From NCBI GenBank assembly GCA_965235115.1, contig OZ249436.1, forward strand, positions 58,094,001 to 58,158,000: DNA of 64,000 nt. The letters run 5' to 3'. The position numbers and the translations under genes are program-made. This document shows, in pieces, positions 50,683 to 63,968 of this stretch. The notes below the pieces were generated by a model. That model was not told the origin of the DNA. It saw nothing but the letters and a program-made list of their open reading frames with translations, and did no database searches. The stretch is from Laetmonice hystrix. Taxonomy: Eukaryota. Every line of letters begins with the position of its first letter. Positions within the stretch are counted from its first letter, which is position 1.

Positions 50683-52206
50683 GGCACACCTGCCATCAGA
50701 GCATTGTGACTGCATGAAATGTTCATTATCAGTCAATTTTTGTACGGGCGTAGATTGGGCGTTTACGTTTAAAAACTCTTACACGACCGATCTATCTTTC
50801 GATGGAAAACATTTCTTGATTGCTCAAGAATGTAGAGAGGACTGGTTACATTTTTTTGAAGGAGAGATATATTTAATATGCAAGTCCTTTTTAACATAAT
50901 ATCTGCAGGCTATGTGTCTGGAGGTAAGCAAACTCATTAGCAAAGCTCTCACAATACTTCATATCCGCCTGAGATTTCGTAGCAAAGCAACACTTTTACA
51001 TTCATTCCATGCTGTTTCATTGGCAAAAGTGTCTACAGAAGATTCAGGCATGCCTTTGATATTCATTAGAGTAAGGAAAAAAGCGTTACCCAAATACACG
51101 CCAGTAGAACCGTATGCAAATTTTGTTGTCATTATGAAATGGTAGCAAGGTCACCCCATGTCCTTGCAACCTAGTAAGTATGCTTTTGTATCTTCTCAGG
51201 ATTTAACTACTTCGACAAAACGGCATCTGCCAAAGTGAACCAGACGACTTTTCCAACAGTGTCGTCAGTGGCTTCCCAATTCACGTGTACTACAGAGTGG
51301 CTTTCCCAGCAAGTGGGTGGTTTCCACAGCCAATAGTCAGTCTGACACTGCTCACAAAATCACAGGGACGCTATGAACCATCCATATAACAACAGGAGTT
51401 CTGCGAAATCTTTCACTTTGATTAAAACCCCTTTCAGGGCTATTTTACATGTGGAAGTCCATTTTAGAAAGATGCCTCTGAATCACGCCAGAGTGCTCGC
51501 ATTAGTATACATATTCCAGCAATAACTTTTCTGTAGAGTCGCTGCCATCAAAAACACCACCGAAATCTGTAAATCATCTGAGACAATTCCGATCACTAGA
51601 TAACAGGAAAATGTCTTTTTGCAAGTGTAACGTCATTCTAAATTTAACATTGACCGTTTTAATGACGGATTCTGCGGAAGTTCAGTGAGTTTGTGAGACA
51701 AATTACCTCGAAAGGGGCCGAGGGTAAAAAATCTTGTTAAAACCCATAACTGAAGTATTTCCACCGTAACAACTGTTGTTACGTTGAGAAACAAATCCTC
51801 TACGTATGTTCATAAAATATGACAGCTCTAATTAGGCACGAGGTATCTTACTCCATGAAAATTCGTTATCTGAGCATGGCTCCGTATGGCCGGAGATAAG
51901 AGACGTCTCTGAAAATACCGCCCATAGATTAGCTTCATTTTTCCTGCATAGATACTGCGTCCATTTATTCCGTGCGACATGGCCTGTCAGATGGGTTCCT
52001 GTCGCCCGCAATCAGCAGAACATTTCCGATGAGATTGACATCGCTGCTGCGACCAGAAAACTCCCGGCGGGCTCCAAGTCTCTCCTCCCCGCTTAACCCG
52101 GGGTGAGCCTGCCCCCGTGGGGACCCCTGGACGTCACATGTCAGCAACCCCTCCCTTCCCCCAGTCGGCCACAGACGGTAGACAATGAACCAGCTGCACC
52201 ATTACT

Positions 52207-52330
52207 TCAAAGGTTAGCCTCAGTCCCAACCCTGCGACTCCCCCTGCATACATCTGCCCACAGCCCACACCGGACAGAGCCATGCCTGTTCTTCCATCCT
52301 ATTCCCTGTTTTACATTATATCCCGGCACA
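52207..52330 (-). mobile_element. CR1/L2-type endonuclease relic
   Basis: NADVPGYNVKQGIGWKNRHGSVRCGL resembles xxIPGYxxxRxDRxxRxGGGVxxY. Confidence 0.4.
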
Positions 52331-53224
52331 TCAGCATTTAGTAGATATAATAATGACAACACACTGCAGAAGAAAGCTTGGTCTGTGAAGACCTGGACCA
52401 TCTTGAAAGTCTGTGAATATGTCGGTGGTTATGTTGGTGCAATCATTTCCTGCCAGCCCGAGGAGTCAAAGCCGCCACACGGTCCTCCTTCACTCAAGTC
52501 TCAAACCCTGCAGGGACACTCCGCCTGACAACGCCATCGGCCATCTTGGCAATTTGAATCTAAATGCTGCCACATTCTTCGCCAACTCTAAAGCCAGAAG
52601 ACCGGCCATAAAATTTCAATATCATTGACTCACTATAAAAAGGACTCAAATCCTATTCCCTCTGGTCAATTCGGGAGCGCTCTTATCATCAAGGTCTGGC
52701 TGAGAATCCTGCGACTTGGAGAAAGCATTAAATCCTCTCTCATTAACTCAACGCTATACAATACAATATACACTGCTTTGTTAATTAAGTTCAGTACTAT
52801 TGTTCTGGACACAAGAGGTTGATCTTTACCCGGATAGACGGGATCATTATGGTAGTAACACTGACGTGATTAGTGCCACTGTAAGGGCCCATAGCACAGG
52901 TGAGAATAACGGGTATACAAGGCTCATTACCATACTTCACTGAACATTCAACAATAGTGTGAAATAATTAACCAGCGGTTACATAATTGGCGTCCTTTTC
53001 AACAAAACACGGCTTCAAGTGTGGAAAAATACTCACTTCTTCCCGAATAAATGCCTTCAAAACAACCAGTTTCCAACATCATGGAAAAATACAGGCGATC
53101 AGACTGTCCCAAGCTGGGCTGATGACTGCCTTTTCTTCCTACCAAAAGTCTGTAAGTGTGCTGGCCACGTGAGGGTCAAGTATAAACGGCAGGTTTAATG
53201 TGTACCCCTAATGGTTCTAAAATG

Positions 53225-53640
53225 GGAGCCGCTCTGCGACATCTAGCCCATGTCAGGAGTCGTGCATTAGAAAGTCAAATTCAGCTCCTTCTATGTAGAT
53301 GAATTCATTTATGTTGCATTAAACCATTGTGTTTACGACCCACTTTGGCTGGTTATAGCCCGGGCAGCACACCTTGAGTCGCCACGATTCCCCAGGCTAG
53401 CGGGCTGGCCTGAATCAGATCCCCTGGAGAGAAAGTACCCACAATAACACCTCCGGGTGAAAGCTGTCAATGCCCAAAAAACAAGGGCATTATACCTGTG
53501 CTAGGGGTAGTTTCAAGGAATAGTTCACGCTACAACTTACAAAAGTGCAATATTCGGTCATCAGCAAAGCAAGACGGTACTGACCGACTTCCTGCCCTAA
53601 ACCTCACTCCGATATTCCTGTTACTTGGTATTCATCATCA
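53225..53640 (+). mobile_element. BEL/Pao RT relic
   Basis: In order: AALRHLA, SSFYVDEFI (FYVDE at 53289-53303), VLGVVSRNS and LPALNLTPIFLLLGIH. These match BEL ATxxHH, FYVDD, KVLGxxW and xxFDPLG motifs. Confidence 0.5.
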
Positions 53641-55667
53641 GCCCGATGACTGCCAGCCACGGCTGAGGACCAATCTACACGAGGCTTACATTTCCCCTGT
53701 GAAGACCCGGTGCCTCCTGATGGCAGACTTAATGTCTGGTCCATGGGAGTTGGCGCCATCCTTTTATGTATTGATTAAAGCCAGCCTTTCATTGCCTGAT
53801 GGCGCAAGCTTTGTGGCCCAGGACTGGCATGTGCTGGTGCAGTGTTTTCACGTAATTGGGGCCTGACGTGACTTGTGAACATGTCACCGGGTCGGCGGTC
53901 ACTCATGGGGGCCGACTTTTCTTTTTCTTAGTCCTACTGGTCACCGCCTCACCTGACCTCAAGGTGCTCACAAACTGCCCACCCTTCAATATCACTTACA
54001 CGGTTCAAGTTCATGCATTACCACTGGCGGTTTTACTGATTCTATACCCTCCTTTTATGCTCTGACTCTGAGACTGGATGAGGTGAATGTCAGTTATTAA
54101 CTGCAACGCTATTTGAAGCTAGTCCAGAGGAAAAGAAAACCAAAGTACTAGTGCATCCTTTTATATATTGGTTCGTTGATGTTTTAGTTTTTTATTTCCG
54201 CAAAACATTTATTTTCATAGTCTGTTTAGAAAACATTTTGGATACTGACTTACTTACTTACTTGCCACACCGGTCCAAGAGTTAGATTCTTGCTCTCACA
54301 ACTATTCAGCTTCTCAAAGCTATGACTTGACTTCTATCCATTTAATATAAATAGTACCTTTATAATAAAATAATAAAAAGTCGGTCAATAAAAATACTTG
54401 TGACCATGACATGTCGGCTTACTTATTCTCAGGATCTTTTTCTGAGTACTAGTTTTGATTATTATTCCTGACATATAGACACGTCACTATCTTATATACA
54501 AAGGTTTTCTCTATACCTTACGATGATGATATCACGTCAGGCTTATGTCATCTGCCGATGTATAATACAAGCCGACTTAGCAAACTATGGTAACCTTCTG
54601 CTTTCTCCCAACACACCTGTGTGAACACATACCTGTAATTATACCCGTGGTATCTCACCTGAGACAACATTCAATCAGTGGTCACAATATCCCCAGCTCA
54701 CCGACCTACTTCTACTCTCAGTATAACCAAAGCTTTTCCTTATTAAAAAGAAGGAGTCAGAAAGAGACCAATTTCCACATCCTGCCGCACATGTGACCAC
54801 GCCAGCATTACAAGCGTAACGTTAATCATTTAGCTATGATACATACAGTCATCTTTCATGGGGTTTCCCATATTGTTTTAGGGAATCATAATTTGGTATG
54901 ACTCAAAAGATGATTCCACTTTTTTTGTACATAATTTTTATGTTATAATTTAAAAAGGGGGGGGGGCGGTTTTTACAATGGCTTTTAACTTTGGCTACAA
55001 TGGTTAAAATATCCCTGAGTACCAGGATTACTACTGAATCCTTGCAAGATTCTCTTACTGGAGTTCTGTCTCGAAATGTATCAGTGAAGCACCACAATGC
55101 CAGGAACATTAATTTGGTTACACGAGTTGACTTTTATGGCCACAACTAGATTGTGGCAGCAAAATCTCCCTGGATATAGATAAATTACCTGTCTCTCACA
55201 AGTCGGCCAAAAATTCAGCAGAGGCCCATATAAATATCAGTATGAATTCCTTTCCTTTGTTATTTATTAAGAAAATTGATGCCTTTAAGAAATTCTAGAG
55301 TATTGTGATGGTGATCAGGTATCCGAGTAAGAAGGCCCGGGAGAACCGAGCTGTTGTATGATATTCGTCAAACACCTGGCCGGTGTTAAATGAGGCCAGG
55401 AAACAAGGTGACATTCAGTGTCTACCCGTCACCATTATATGGTGGTCGAACCTACACTTGGATCAACAGTCGTAAAAATGACGAACCATATAATGACAAC
55501 ACAATCATTCTGGAGGATTGCTTTCAAAATTATCTGTCACTGGTACAATTCTTCAAAAGACTTCTGCAAAAAAGTGACATTTTACTTTTAGTGCCGATAT
55601 ATCTTTTTACAACTACCGTACCTTATATATTTGTGTTAACTGAACCAATACCGAGGTATTACTCTAC

Positions 55668-55852
55668 CAGGGTTTCCTGGAGGATTTCGCCTTGGGGGGG
55701 GGGGGTCCGATGAACTTTGGGGTGGCAGCTTAGGGGTAGATTTTAGAAGACAATACAGCCCAGCTATAAAACTTAGGAGGGGAAGCAGTAACCGATTTTG
55801 GGAAGTCTCCCCCCCCCCACCCCATCCCAAAAAAGGCCTGCAGGAAACCCTG
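55668..55852. mobile_element. CAG...CTG MITE with near-perfect TIR (hAT5-like)
   Basis: cagggtttcctggagg / cctgcaggaaaccctg (15/16 complementary); flanks tctac (55663-55667) / gctac (55853-55857); internal G and C runs. Confidence 0.8.
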
Positions 55853-57384
55853 GCTACATAGAAATGTCTTTCAAAATAATCCTGCAATTGTTCCGATTTA
55901 TTTATTTTAAACCTTACGATTTTCATATTCCTATACATATTTAGCATAAGGATAAATTCCATACGGAGTCCTAATATGATGTTATCCTTTCTTCATCTGC
56001 ATATACTACTTAGTAACGTCCTTATATGAAGCCTGAGGCAGGGTTTATTCTCTCTTCTACATTAGACTGGCCTTGTCTAAGAGTAGCACACTATTACTAG
56101 GACACTTAATGCAACTGTCTACACGGCTATGCAAAGCCATGTATTGAGGTCGTGAGTCATGTATGATTTGCATGATGGCGTTTATTATTCACCTGGGCTC
56201 CTGGCAAGTCACCTGTCCTGCACTTCCCCCTCAGGACACATCCACAGTCTGACCCCACCTGGTTATTCACAGAGCACTGGTTATAAAACAACAGGCGTTC
56301 CAGACTATGTCCGGCAGGGGAAAAGGTACAATCCACTTAGAGGCTGTAATTACAAGAGGGATAAGGGCCATTGTCATCTAAATGCCACTTTGTAAGGGCC
56401 ACCTTAATGTGTAATGGTCTTCACAAATGCTGGTCTACAAGTGGGTCATGTGCTAAGTATTATACACACAACTGACAACCTCAGGAGAATAGCCACACTG
56501 TGGTCTAGCTATGATTCAGCGCAAGTTAAGATTGGAGGTTGACACATCATTTAAGGCCTCCCATATTTGCATTCAGCTTTTGGTGTACAAGTCGGAAGTG
56601 GGTTTACACAACTGTCCAATGAAGCAGGACAGTCGAACCTTGTCACATACATCATCAGTAAACGGGGGTTTCTCCAGAATGTATTCTGTATGTCTTTAGC
56701 TGTATGTGGCCAGGTTTGTCTCGGCACTTTGAGTAGCGCGCGAATGAACGCTCTGTGTCCGCTGACCCATATCGGCGGGGGGGGGGGGGCAGGTGAGGAG
56801 CTGACTGACTGTGACACGGGTTCTGTGACACCTGGTGGCCAGCGACAGCCTGTATTCACTACGTACTGAAATATATGTCACCAACATGGCCTTCTCTTTC
56901 ACAGGGCCATTCTGAACAGACACTCCCCAATCTGACCTTGAAACTTTAAGGGACACTAGGCCTGCTTCAAACGATCGTATCAAGTAACGTCTTGTATTCA
57001 CCTTGGCCAATGACAGAAGATGGGTTACATATATAAATGACTAGTGACACTATAAGGCGGGAAGCCAGACCTCGATACACATCAGAGAAATTGAACATGC
57101 TCAGTGACCAATGAGACAATTGAAAATCTTTAGGCAACTAAATACACAATGGACTGCACCACAAAATTACATGTGACAACAGCCATTGATACACATATTT
57201 ATTTATCCCCCCTTCCACATCGAGAGAATGGATTAAAGAAACCAAACATCAATTACCACAAGGCTAATGAATGGCCTATCCCCCCCTACTTCCCATGACA
57301 GACTCAACAATGGAGGCACATGGGCTCGCGCTCTACTTGGCCATCGTCGTCTAGGATGATGACAACTATGCGGGCCCAAGACGG

Positions 57385-57478
57385 CCCAGCGGTGCCCTTC
57401 ATCATCCCGCTCTATGATGATGCAGCCAGCATGCGCAGTCTTCGCTGAAAGATGGAGGACAGTCTCCCCCTCACACAT
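57385..57478 (-). pseudogene. Possible ankyrin-repeat relic
   Basis: EGETVLHLSAKTAHAGCI...ERDDEGH resembles GxTxLHxAAxxGH...DxxG; about one repeat only. Confidence 0.25.
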
Positions 57479-58317
57479 CTCATTACAATTTCACAGCTGC
57501 CATTTTTGTTGTCCGAATCAAATTCCTTGCAACCTAGCTAGGTTAATCGCTGTAATCTGGCGCATCAGGCTACAGTGAAAAGAACAGCACTAACTGACTA
57601 TATGGATGACGTGTATTGGTATAGACAGGTTATTGAACTGGTGCTGGCTTGCTCCAGCTCTGGCACATGCAGCAGCAGCTCATAACTAGGTCAGGAGCAA
57701 AGCTTGAACAAAGACTGGAAACAGTGATGAGGTTTACCTTTGTTAGCTGTGGAGGTGAGATTACTGATCCAAGCGATGCTAATGTTGGTCCTGGCATGGA
57801 CATTGCCGGCCGTACCACCAACATCTTGACTTCGAGTATCACAAGGATGCTGTTAGATCAGTCAATGCGAGGGCACAGGGAAGTGGCGGCAAAAGCAGGC
57901 ACACACGATGCGCACTCAATAATTCTCAATCCATACACTGTCGCGAATCACCCAGAATGGCCGACTCTAAAACACGTTTGCTAGGATAACACGAGCTGTC
58001 GAGACATGAAGGCAATTTAGCTCCTGCTTTCCTGACACTTGCTTCAGTTGTAGTGATTCTGCTTAGCTCCCTTGCTGCTCAGCCTAGCTGATAGACATAA
58101 TCGCCTCCATTCAGCGCATTCATAGCGAGGCTACTTCCTGTCGGCTGGCCTTTGTTTCCTGTTGCTGCAGCAGGCCTTGCCCTGGTGAATCAGCACTGCT
58201 GCAGTCACAGCCTCCACTGCCTCGGCTCTCTCCTGCTTGATGTCCTCCCCTCACTTCTCCTTGTTGAGATTTCTTCAACAGAACCTCCTCCTGAATGAGA
58301 TCAGCGTGGTATTCCTC

Positions 58318-58765
58318 CCTGGGTTGTGTTCCTGATGGGACCTGAGCGAAAATGTGGCTGTGTGGGTGATCAGCACACTGCTTTACAGTGGGTAAACCAT
58401 GTGCTTTCCTGTCCTCTCTCACTCTCAGCGATGTCCTGGTTGTTGTCACCGCGTTCAGCACCTACATACCTACCTACCTCACCGTCTTTGGTGACATCAC
58501 CACAAACCAAACCAGCCATTGGGTGCGCTCACTGGCCTGTGACCTGTCCTACTCCAATACACAGGTCAAGTGCATTGTTATGGGGGCGCAGGGAAAGGCA
58601 GGCTGCATATGAGATGGTGTGAGACTCGTTAGCAGATGGCCAGGTGGAAAGCTCAGGTATATAAATACACACACGCACCCCATTGATGTTTCTTTACAGC
58701 CCAGGTAGAGCTGGGGGTCGGTTGTGTCTGAATGGTTGTGCTATTCACCCCTATTCCAGACACAG
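58318..58765 (+). pseudogene. Frameshifted class A (rhodopsin-like) GPCR relic, TM1-TM4
   Basis: In order across frames: WVVFLMG / ENVAVWVI (TM1, GN-like), KPCAFLSSLTLSDVLVV (TM2, LxxxD), HWVRSLACDLSY (ECL1 Trp and TM3 Cys), LRYINTHTHPI (DRY...HP-like), GVGCV*MVVLFTPIP (TM4 with Trp to stop). Confidence 0.5.
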
Positions 58766-61700
58766 TATGGTGACTACACATAGCTGACAACTTCTCCATT
58801 ACCATAGACATACACATGTTGGACTGATGTGCATGTTTTCAAGTCTTCCTAGAATATGCAAAAGTTCTCAGAATACAGCAGAAGCAGTTACCTTTTAGAG
58901 TCCCAGCCAAGAGCATGTGGCCTTCATACCTAAACCACCCTGTGGTAGAGGCGACAATGGGTATTATTACCCAACACGTGCTGCCTGGTCTTTGTTACTG
59001 TGACCAGCCACAACCACATGTCAATGTTGACCTGTTTACATAACTGCCGCCTGTATCGGAATCACTGACAAACACCTCCCCTGGCTCACAGCAGGCCACA
59101 GTACACATATATCCTCCTCCAGATTGGATTAGCCAGATAATCTTACCGCATGGTCATCAATCAGCCATCAACACCTACACCCACTTATTTTATCTTAATC
59201 CAACAAGCCACTCAAACGACACAGACAAAGCCTTCCACTACAGACACATAATTCACACTCAAAGCAGACTGAAAAACGCATAAAAGGCAGACAAAAATAG
59301 ACCATATCTGATACTGCGGTAGTTACCGAATTTCAGCAAGTTTATGATCAGATACTTGAGTTGCCATCATAAGTTTATAGTATCTCATAAAGCTATCCAT
59401 GAAACGCGGTAGCATAGTTTTCATATCATGGTAAAATTCAGGATAAAAGACACTGTTAACGTTGCAAATTTCATCAAACAAAATGGGATTCCAGCTTCGG
59501 GGAAAATAAAAGTAATAAAAGTGATGGAGATTAAAATTTGATCACAAATTGTTCTGCCTGAATTGCAATAATCAAAAATCTCTGTGGAGGGAAACTAGAT
59601 TTAACTGTGGTCATATGGCTGACAAACTGTGACTACATGGCTGTCTGAGTGTGATAAGATTTCTACCAGGCTATGGTCAGATGGCTGTCTGACTGCTCGC
59701 CAGCTGCCTTCCCTGGCTGCAGCCATGCCAAGCCTGGTCCTCGAGCTGCGGCTGGTTGTATTGATTATCCACAGTGCTGGCCATGCCCGGGTGATTAATG
59801 GAAACTGTAACCTGGCCTGTGTGTCAACCAGATCAGAGAAACCAGACATAATCACATGTTATTTGTGGAAACCCCAAGAAACCACTGCTTTTGTGAAGCG
59901 ATCCTTCCCTCAGAAGAAAGCGGTAAAGGTTGTATGAATATGGTCACTTTACAATTCAAATATCAGCATTTCTGCAAGCCAGCAACTTTACGTAATTACT
60001 TTTTAAAAAAATTATACAATTAGATGAAGCTGTGTGCAAATGCTCAATAAATATATTGTAACCAAGAAAGTGTGCTCCGTCAAATATATGTATATAAACT
60101 GCATGGTTGCAGCAGTGTTACAACTATTGCTCGAGTAATCTGCAATAAGGAACGTATCACAAGGGCAGTAAAATAATTTTTCTATTTTTTTCTTAAAAGC
60201 AATTAGCTATATGAAGTTATCAGACTTAATGCATTAAACAATAAATTACACCTCTCCTACGCACTCTTTCCCTCTAATTTTATCTCCGCCTTCTTTTTAT
60301 TTAAAAAAAGTTGAAACTGATGTTTGGAGATTATCATGAAGGTAGCGCACGTAAAATTGTTATATTCCTGTCCAATAGATATGGCCAGTTTATCTGGTTT
60401 ATCACTGTCCCAATCTCCAGAAGCTCTATATTAAGTCATGTTTCCTACAATGATATAAATTTTGACACAACCAGACAACAGCACAGTGTGATCCCAATAT
60501 AGATTCTCAAATGCAGAAGTCTAAAGATCAACCATATTTATAAGTGTTGTGTCGTCCTGTAACAGCCGGCAGACACTGTTGGATCACAGTCAACTCAAGA
60601 CATTCTAAAAATTATCCTGACCTTTGAATTTCTGCGGCACTGCGCCTGATAACGGTGAAAGTGTAAGGTGAATGGTATTTCACAAACCCCGCGAGTTCTG
60701 ATGTAAAATACCATGAGAAATGTTTCATTCTTGAGGTTTGCTTCATTCCGATGCTGTAGACACCATAAACAGACAGAAAACGCCCCTGAGATAACGCACA
60801 CAAGTGTGTTTGTGTGGGAAACATGTCAGCATTCAATAATATTTCAAATCGGTTTGGCGGCATCAATATTGTTACAAGGTAACCCAGTCACCCGTAGCCA
60901 TGTCACAATTCATGTCAAGAAATCTTTGCACATAAACCACACTTCGGTTGAGCATAGGATACTGAATATTATAAGATACGGCTTCCAGGGAATACAGTAG
61001 TGTTTAAATTGTTCTGCTCTCTGTGCATTGCGTGTTCGAGTGGAGGTTTCTCACCTGTAGATGAATTGTCATAAAGAATCATTAATTCATTTCAATATTC
61101 TTTAAATTAAGGGAAATTGAAGTGTTCAAATCAAGGTTTAAATTTGGTCCAGTTAACAATTTATTTGTCAAATATTCAGCAATGTCTGTTATTTTAGCCA
61201 GGGGATCCGTCAGGGAATAATTATTCTCATGTCGAGCTGTCCACTACAGCCCTGGATTGAACTGCCTGAGACCTATAAAAACAAGACTGAATTCCCTTAA
61301 ATCTGCCAATTATTGCGGGCAGACGTGGCACCATCAGATGAGGTTCAGGGACGGATGAGTCACCCCTGTAAATGTCCCGACTTGACAGATACTGTGGTGA
61401 CTAGAGACAATTCCCCTTATATTCTGCCCTCCGGCCCGTCGGATTATCCTTCCTGGACTAATTAAATCTGTACTACGTCCCAGCATACAGCTGCTGCCGG
61501 GTTTCATGGGCATCCACCACATTATTCATGGTTATCAAACTTTACGAGCTACTCCTCACACAAGACCGGGGCAGGTGGCAGCACTGAATCCAGGCCCATA
61601 AGAACTCGATATTTGCAACGTCAGCTTCGGCCGCAATAGAAGGAAACTGTCACCATTCCGAACTATGAGCCTGATCACCATAACAGACAGATCATACAAA

Positions 61701-62734
61701 AGGCAATAACATTTCATGCTATAGCAGTGAAATGTCGAAATTTGTGTCCAGAGATGTTCTCTAAAAATTCACTTTTCAGCATCCTTTTTAGTGGATCCGT
61801 AGCGTACCTAATTTCGGGTCCCAAAAAGATGCCCCAGTCGTGTCCCAAGGTTGTGGCCAGGGCCAATAAATCAACCCTTTAGCACCAAAAGCTCCACTGG
61901 AAGTCAATATAGGACGCATCGTACCATATGATCTTGACGATTTTCACATATGGCACAGCAGTTATTGCTGGTGGCATTCAGGGTTCATATCTGCAGGTTA
62001 AAATGGTATGCTTCTGCTGACAATTTCCTTTGACATACAATATTTGTCGATAACGTTTGTCTACTAAATTACCATCAAAAGGTCATGACTAAAACGGGAT
62101 GGTAACTACAGAGCGAGCTAAATTCAATTCTTCATACCCTTAAAATGGCATTTAATAATAAACTGATTGCTTCACAGAACAAACTTCCAGGCTTACTTTA
62201 ATTAAAGCCTTAAAAACCTCCCCACTACCGTATTCTATCTCCCGTGTTTTACCCTTTTTCGATATTACAGAGGATGCTCTAAATTCCAATGGTACCACTT
62301 CAAATACCCTTTTAATTAATTCCTTGTAATAACCTTTTTCATCTGTAATTAATGCTTACCCAGGTCTTCTACAAAAAAACCGCATTAGAAGCAGAACCGG
62401 GCGTTTGATTATAGCCTGACTAGAGTTACCGGTAGAAGACCAGCCATTCACGAGCCTTCAGCGGAGCCTAATTATCACTGACCAATGATCTCCTGTTGTT
62501 CTACTCTTGCATGTAAGAAACATACACCAACAAACTTCCAAGAGACCGAGGGTCCCACGGTACCCAAGGTTGCAGCTGACATGCAAGTATATCATGGTCT
62601 GGCAACGGCTGAAATGTATCACTTTTACTAAAGTATTGGCTCACCAACTATCTCCGTTTCCCTCCGTTAACAAAACAGGCCAAAAGAAAAAGAAATCAAT
62701 GGGTCTGCTTTAATATATCCATTTTGAGGCCCTG

Positions 62735-62737
<3 letters not shown>

Positions 62738-62795
<58 letters not shown>
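62738..62795. repeat. (AT)29 microsatellite
   Basis: Read directly from the sequence. Confidence 0.98.
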
Positions 62796-62798
<3 letters not shown>

Positions 62799-63849
62799 TT
62801 CACATTACACTTTCTTATTATCCCTTTACACTTAATTTCGTGAACCCCCTCCCCCATCGCCTTCTGTGAAGTCACAGTGTTAGTGAGTTGTTGAACGCAC
62901 CAGATCAAGGCACTTTAAAGGGAAACCTCAATCCTATTCTGAAACTTGCTGACGCTTCATGCCCTACTTCACAATCACAGTAGTGTTGGAAATCATGAGG
63001 AAAATACACGTATGGACATAGAATTAATCAAAAACTTTATTATACTTATTTAGAGGATTTCAGTCAATGCTGATTTTCCAGATATCTCTAGAAAATACCC
63101 TAAAACCCTCTTCATTTATATATGGGCTTAATAAAACAGATGTTCAATGGCATAATAATAATACACCACAGAGTGACACGTTTTATTCTTCAACAAGACT
63201 TATGTCAGCTTGTAACGGTCTCCATGTTGACTGAATACTAACTCATGCATTTTTTCATTTCTGACTATGATTTGTATGCATAAAGTAATTACCATTTGCT
63301 TGTTACTAAAGTGTTTGAAAAACTTACACACACCTTGACTCCAACATTACATATTCATTGTTGGCACGCATGCGCAAGAGAGCACCCAGCCTCAAGTATG
63401 CGATACTTTGGAAGGTGAAAACTAGGTTGAATTCCAAGTTGTTCCTATTCAGATAGTATACAATAAGGATTCATGTATCCTTCCTCACGTGACCTTAGCG
63501 GCGATGATCGTGGGATGACCCATCCCTGGTCATGCAGGTCACACCTCCATGCCGGATCCATGCAGGTCAAGCGTGACCTACCCAGGACCCACTTGATCAG
63601 TCAACTGTGACAATAACAACATATACTTTCGCAGTAAACTATGCTACCTGAACCCTTCAGCGTCAAAAGCTCAGTGGTTCGGCTTGGTTTTGACAACCCC
63701 TTTAGCTGGTACTTCTATAGGACGAACCCAAATCAGAAATAGTGGAAGTATGTCAGTTATGAACTGGTGGCGCCGCCTATGTCTAGTCACTGTAACTATC
63801 TGAGCATGTGTCCTCGTTGTCCTCGAGCCTCTCACCCAACACCTGCTGC

Positions 63850-63968
63850 GCACCACCAGAGGCTTTAACTGTCCTAGCAAACTTGGAGATTTGCCCATTT
63901 TGGCCGTATATCTCGCAAGTCCCCTGAAACCTGACTTGCCCTTGAAAATCCTGATACGATGCTTCCAA
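63850..63968 (-). mobile_element. Possible RTE-type RT relic
   Basis: YQDFQGQVRFQGTCE...AQQVL resembles LYxxxxxxVRxxGxxSxxF...RQGxVL. Confidence 0.25.

Noticed and set aside
50912-51145. Antisense frame FAYGSTGVYLG as hAT DGAxxMxG motif
   Set aside because: The catalytic Asp is missing and no CxxH motif follows.
59790-59880. EKPDIITCYLWKPQET as LINE endonuclease N-terminus
   Set aside because: Motif spacing is wrong and no downstream APE motifs follow.
62913-63110. TTAAAGGG start of a Kolobok-like non-autonomous element
   Set aside because: The matching opposite terminus could not be located.
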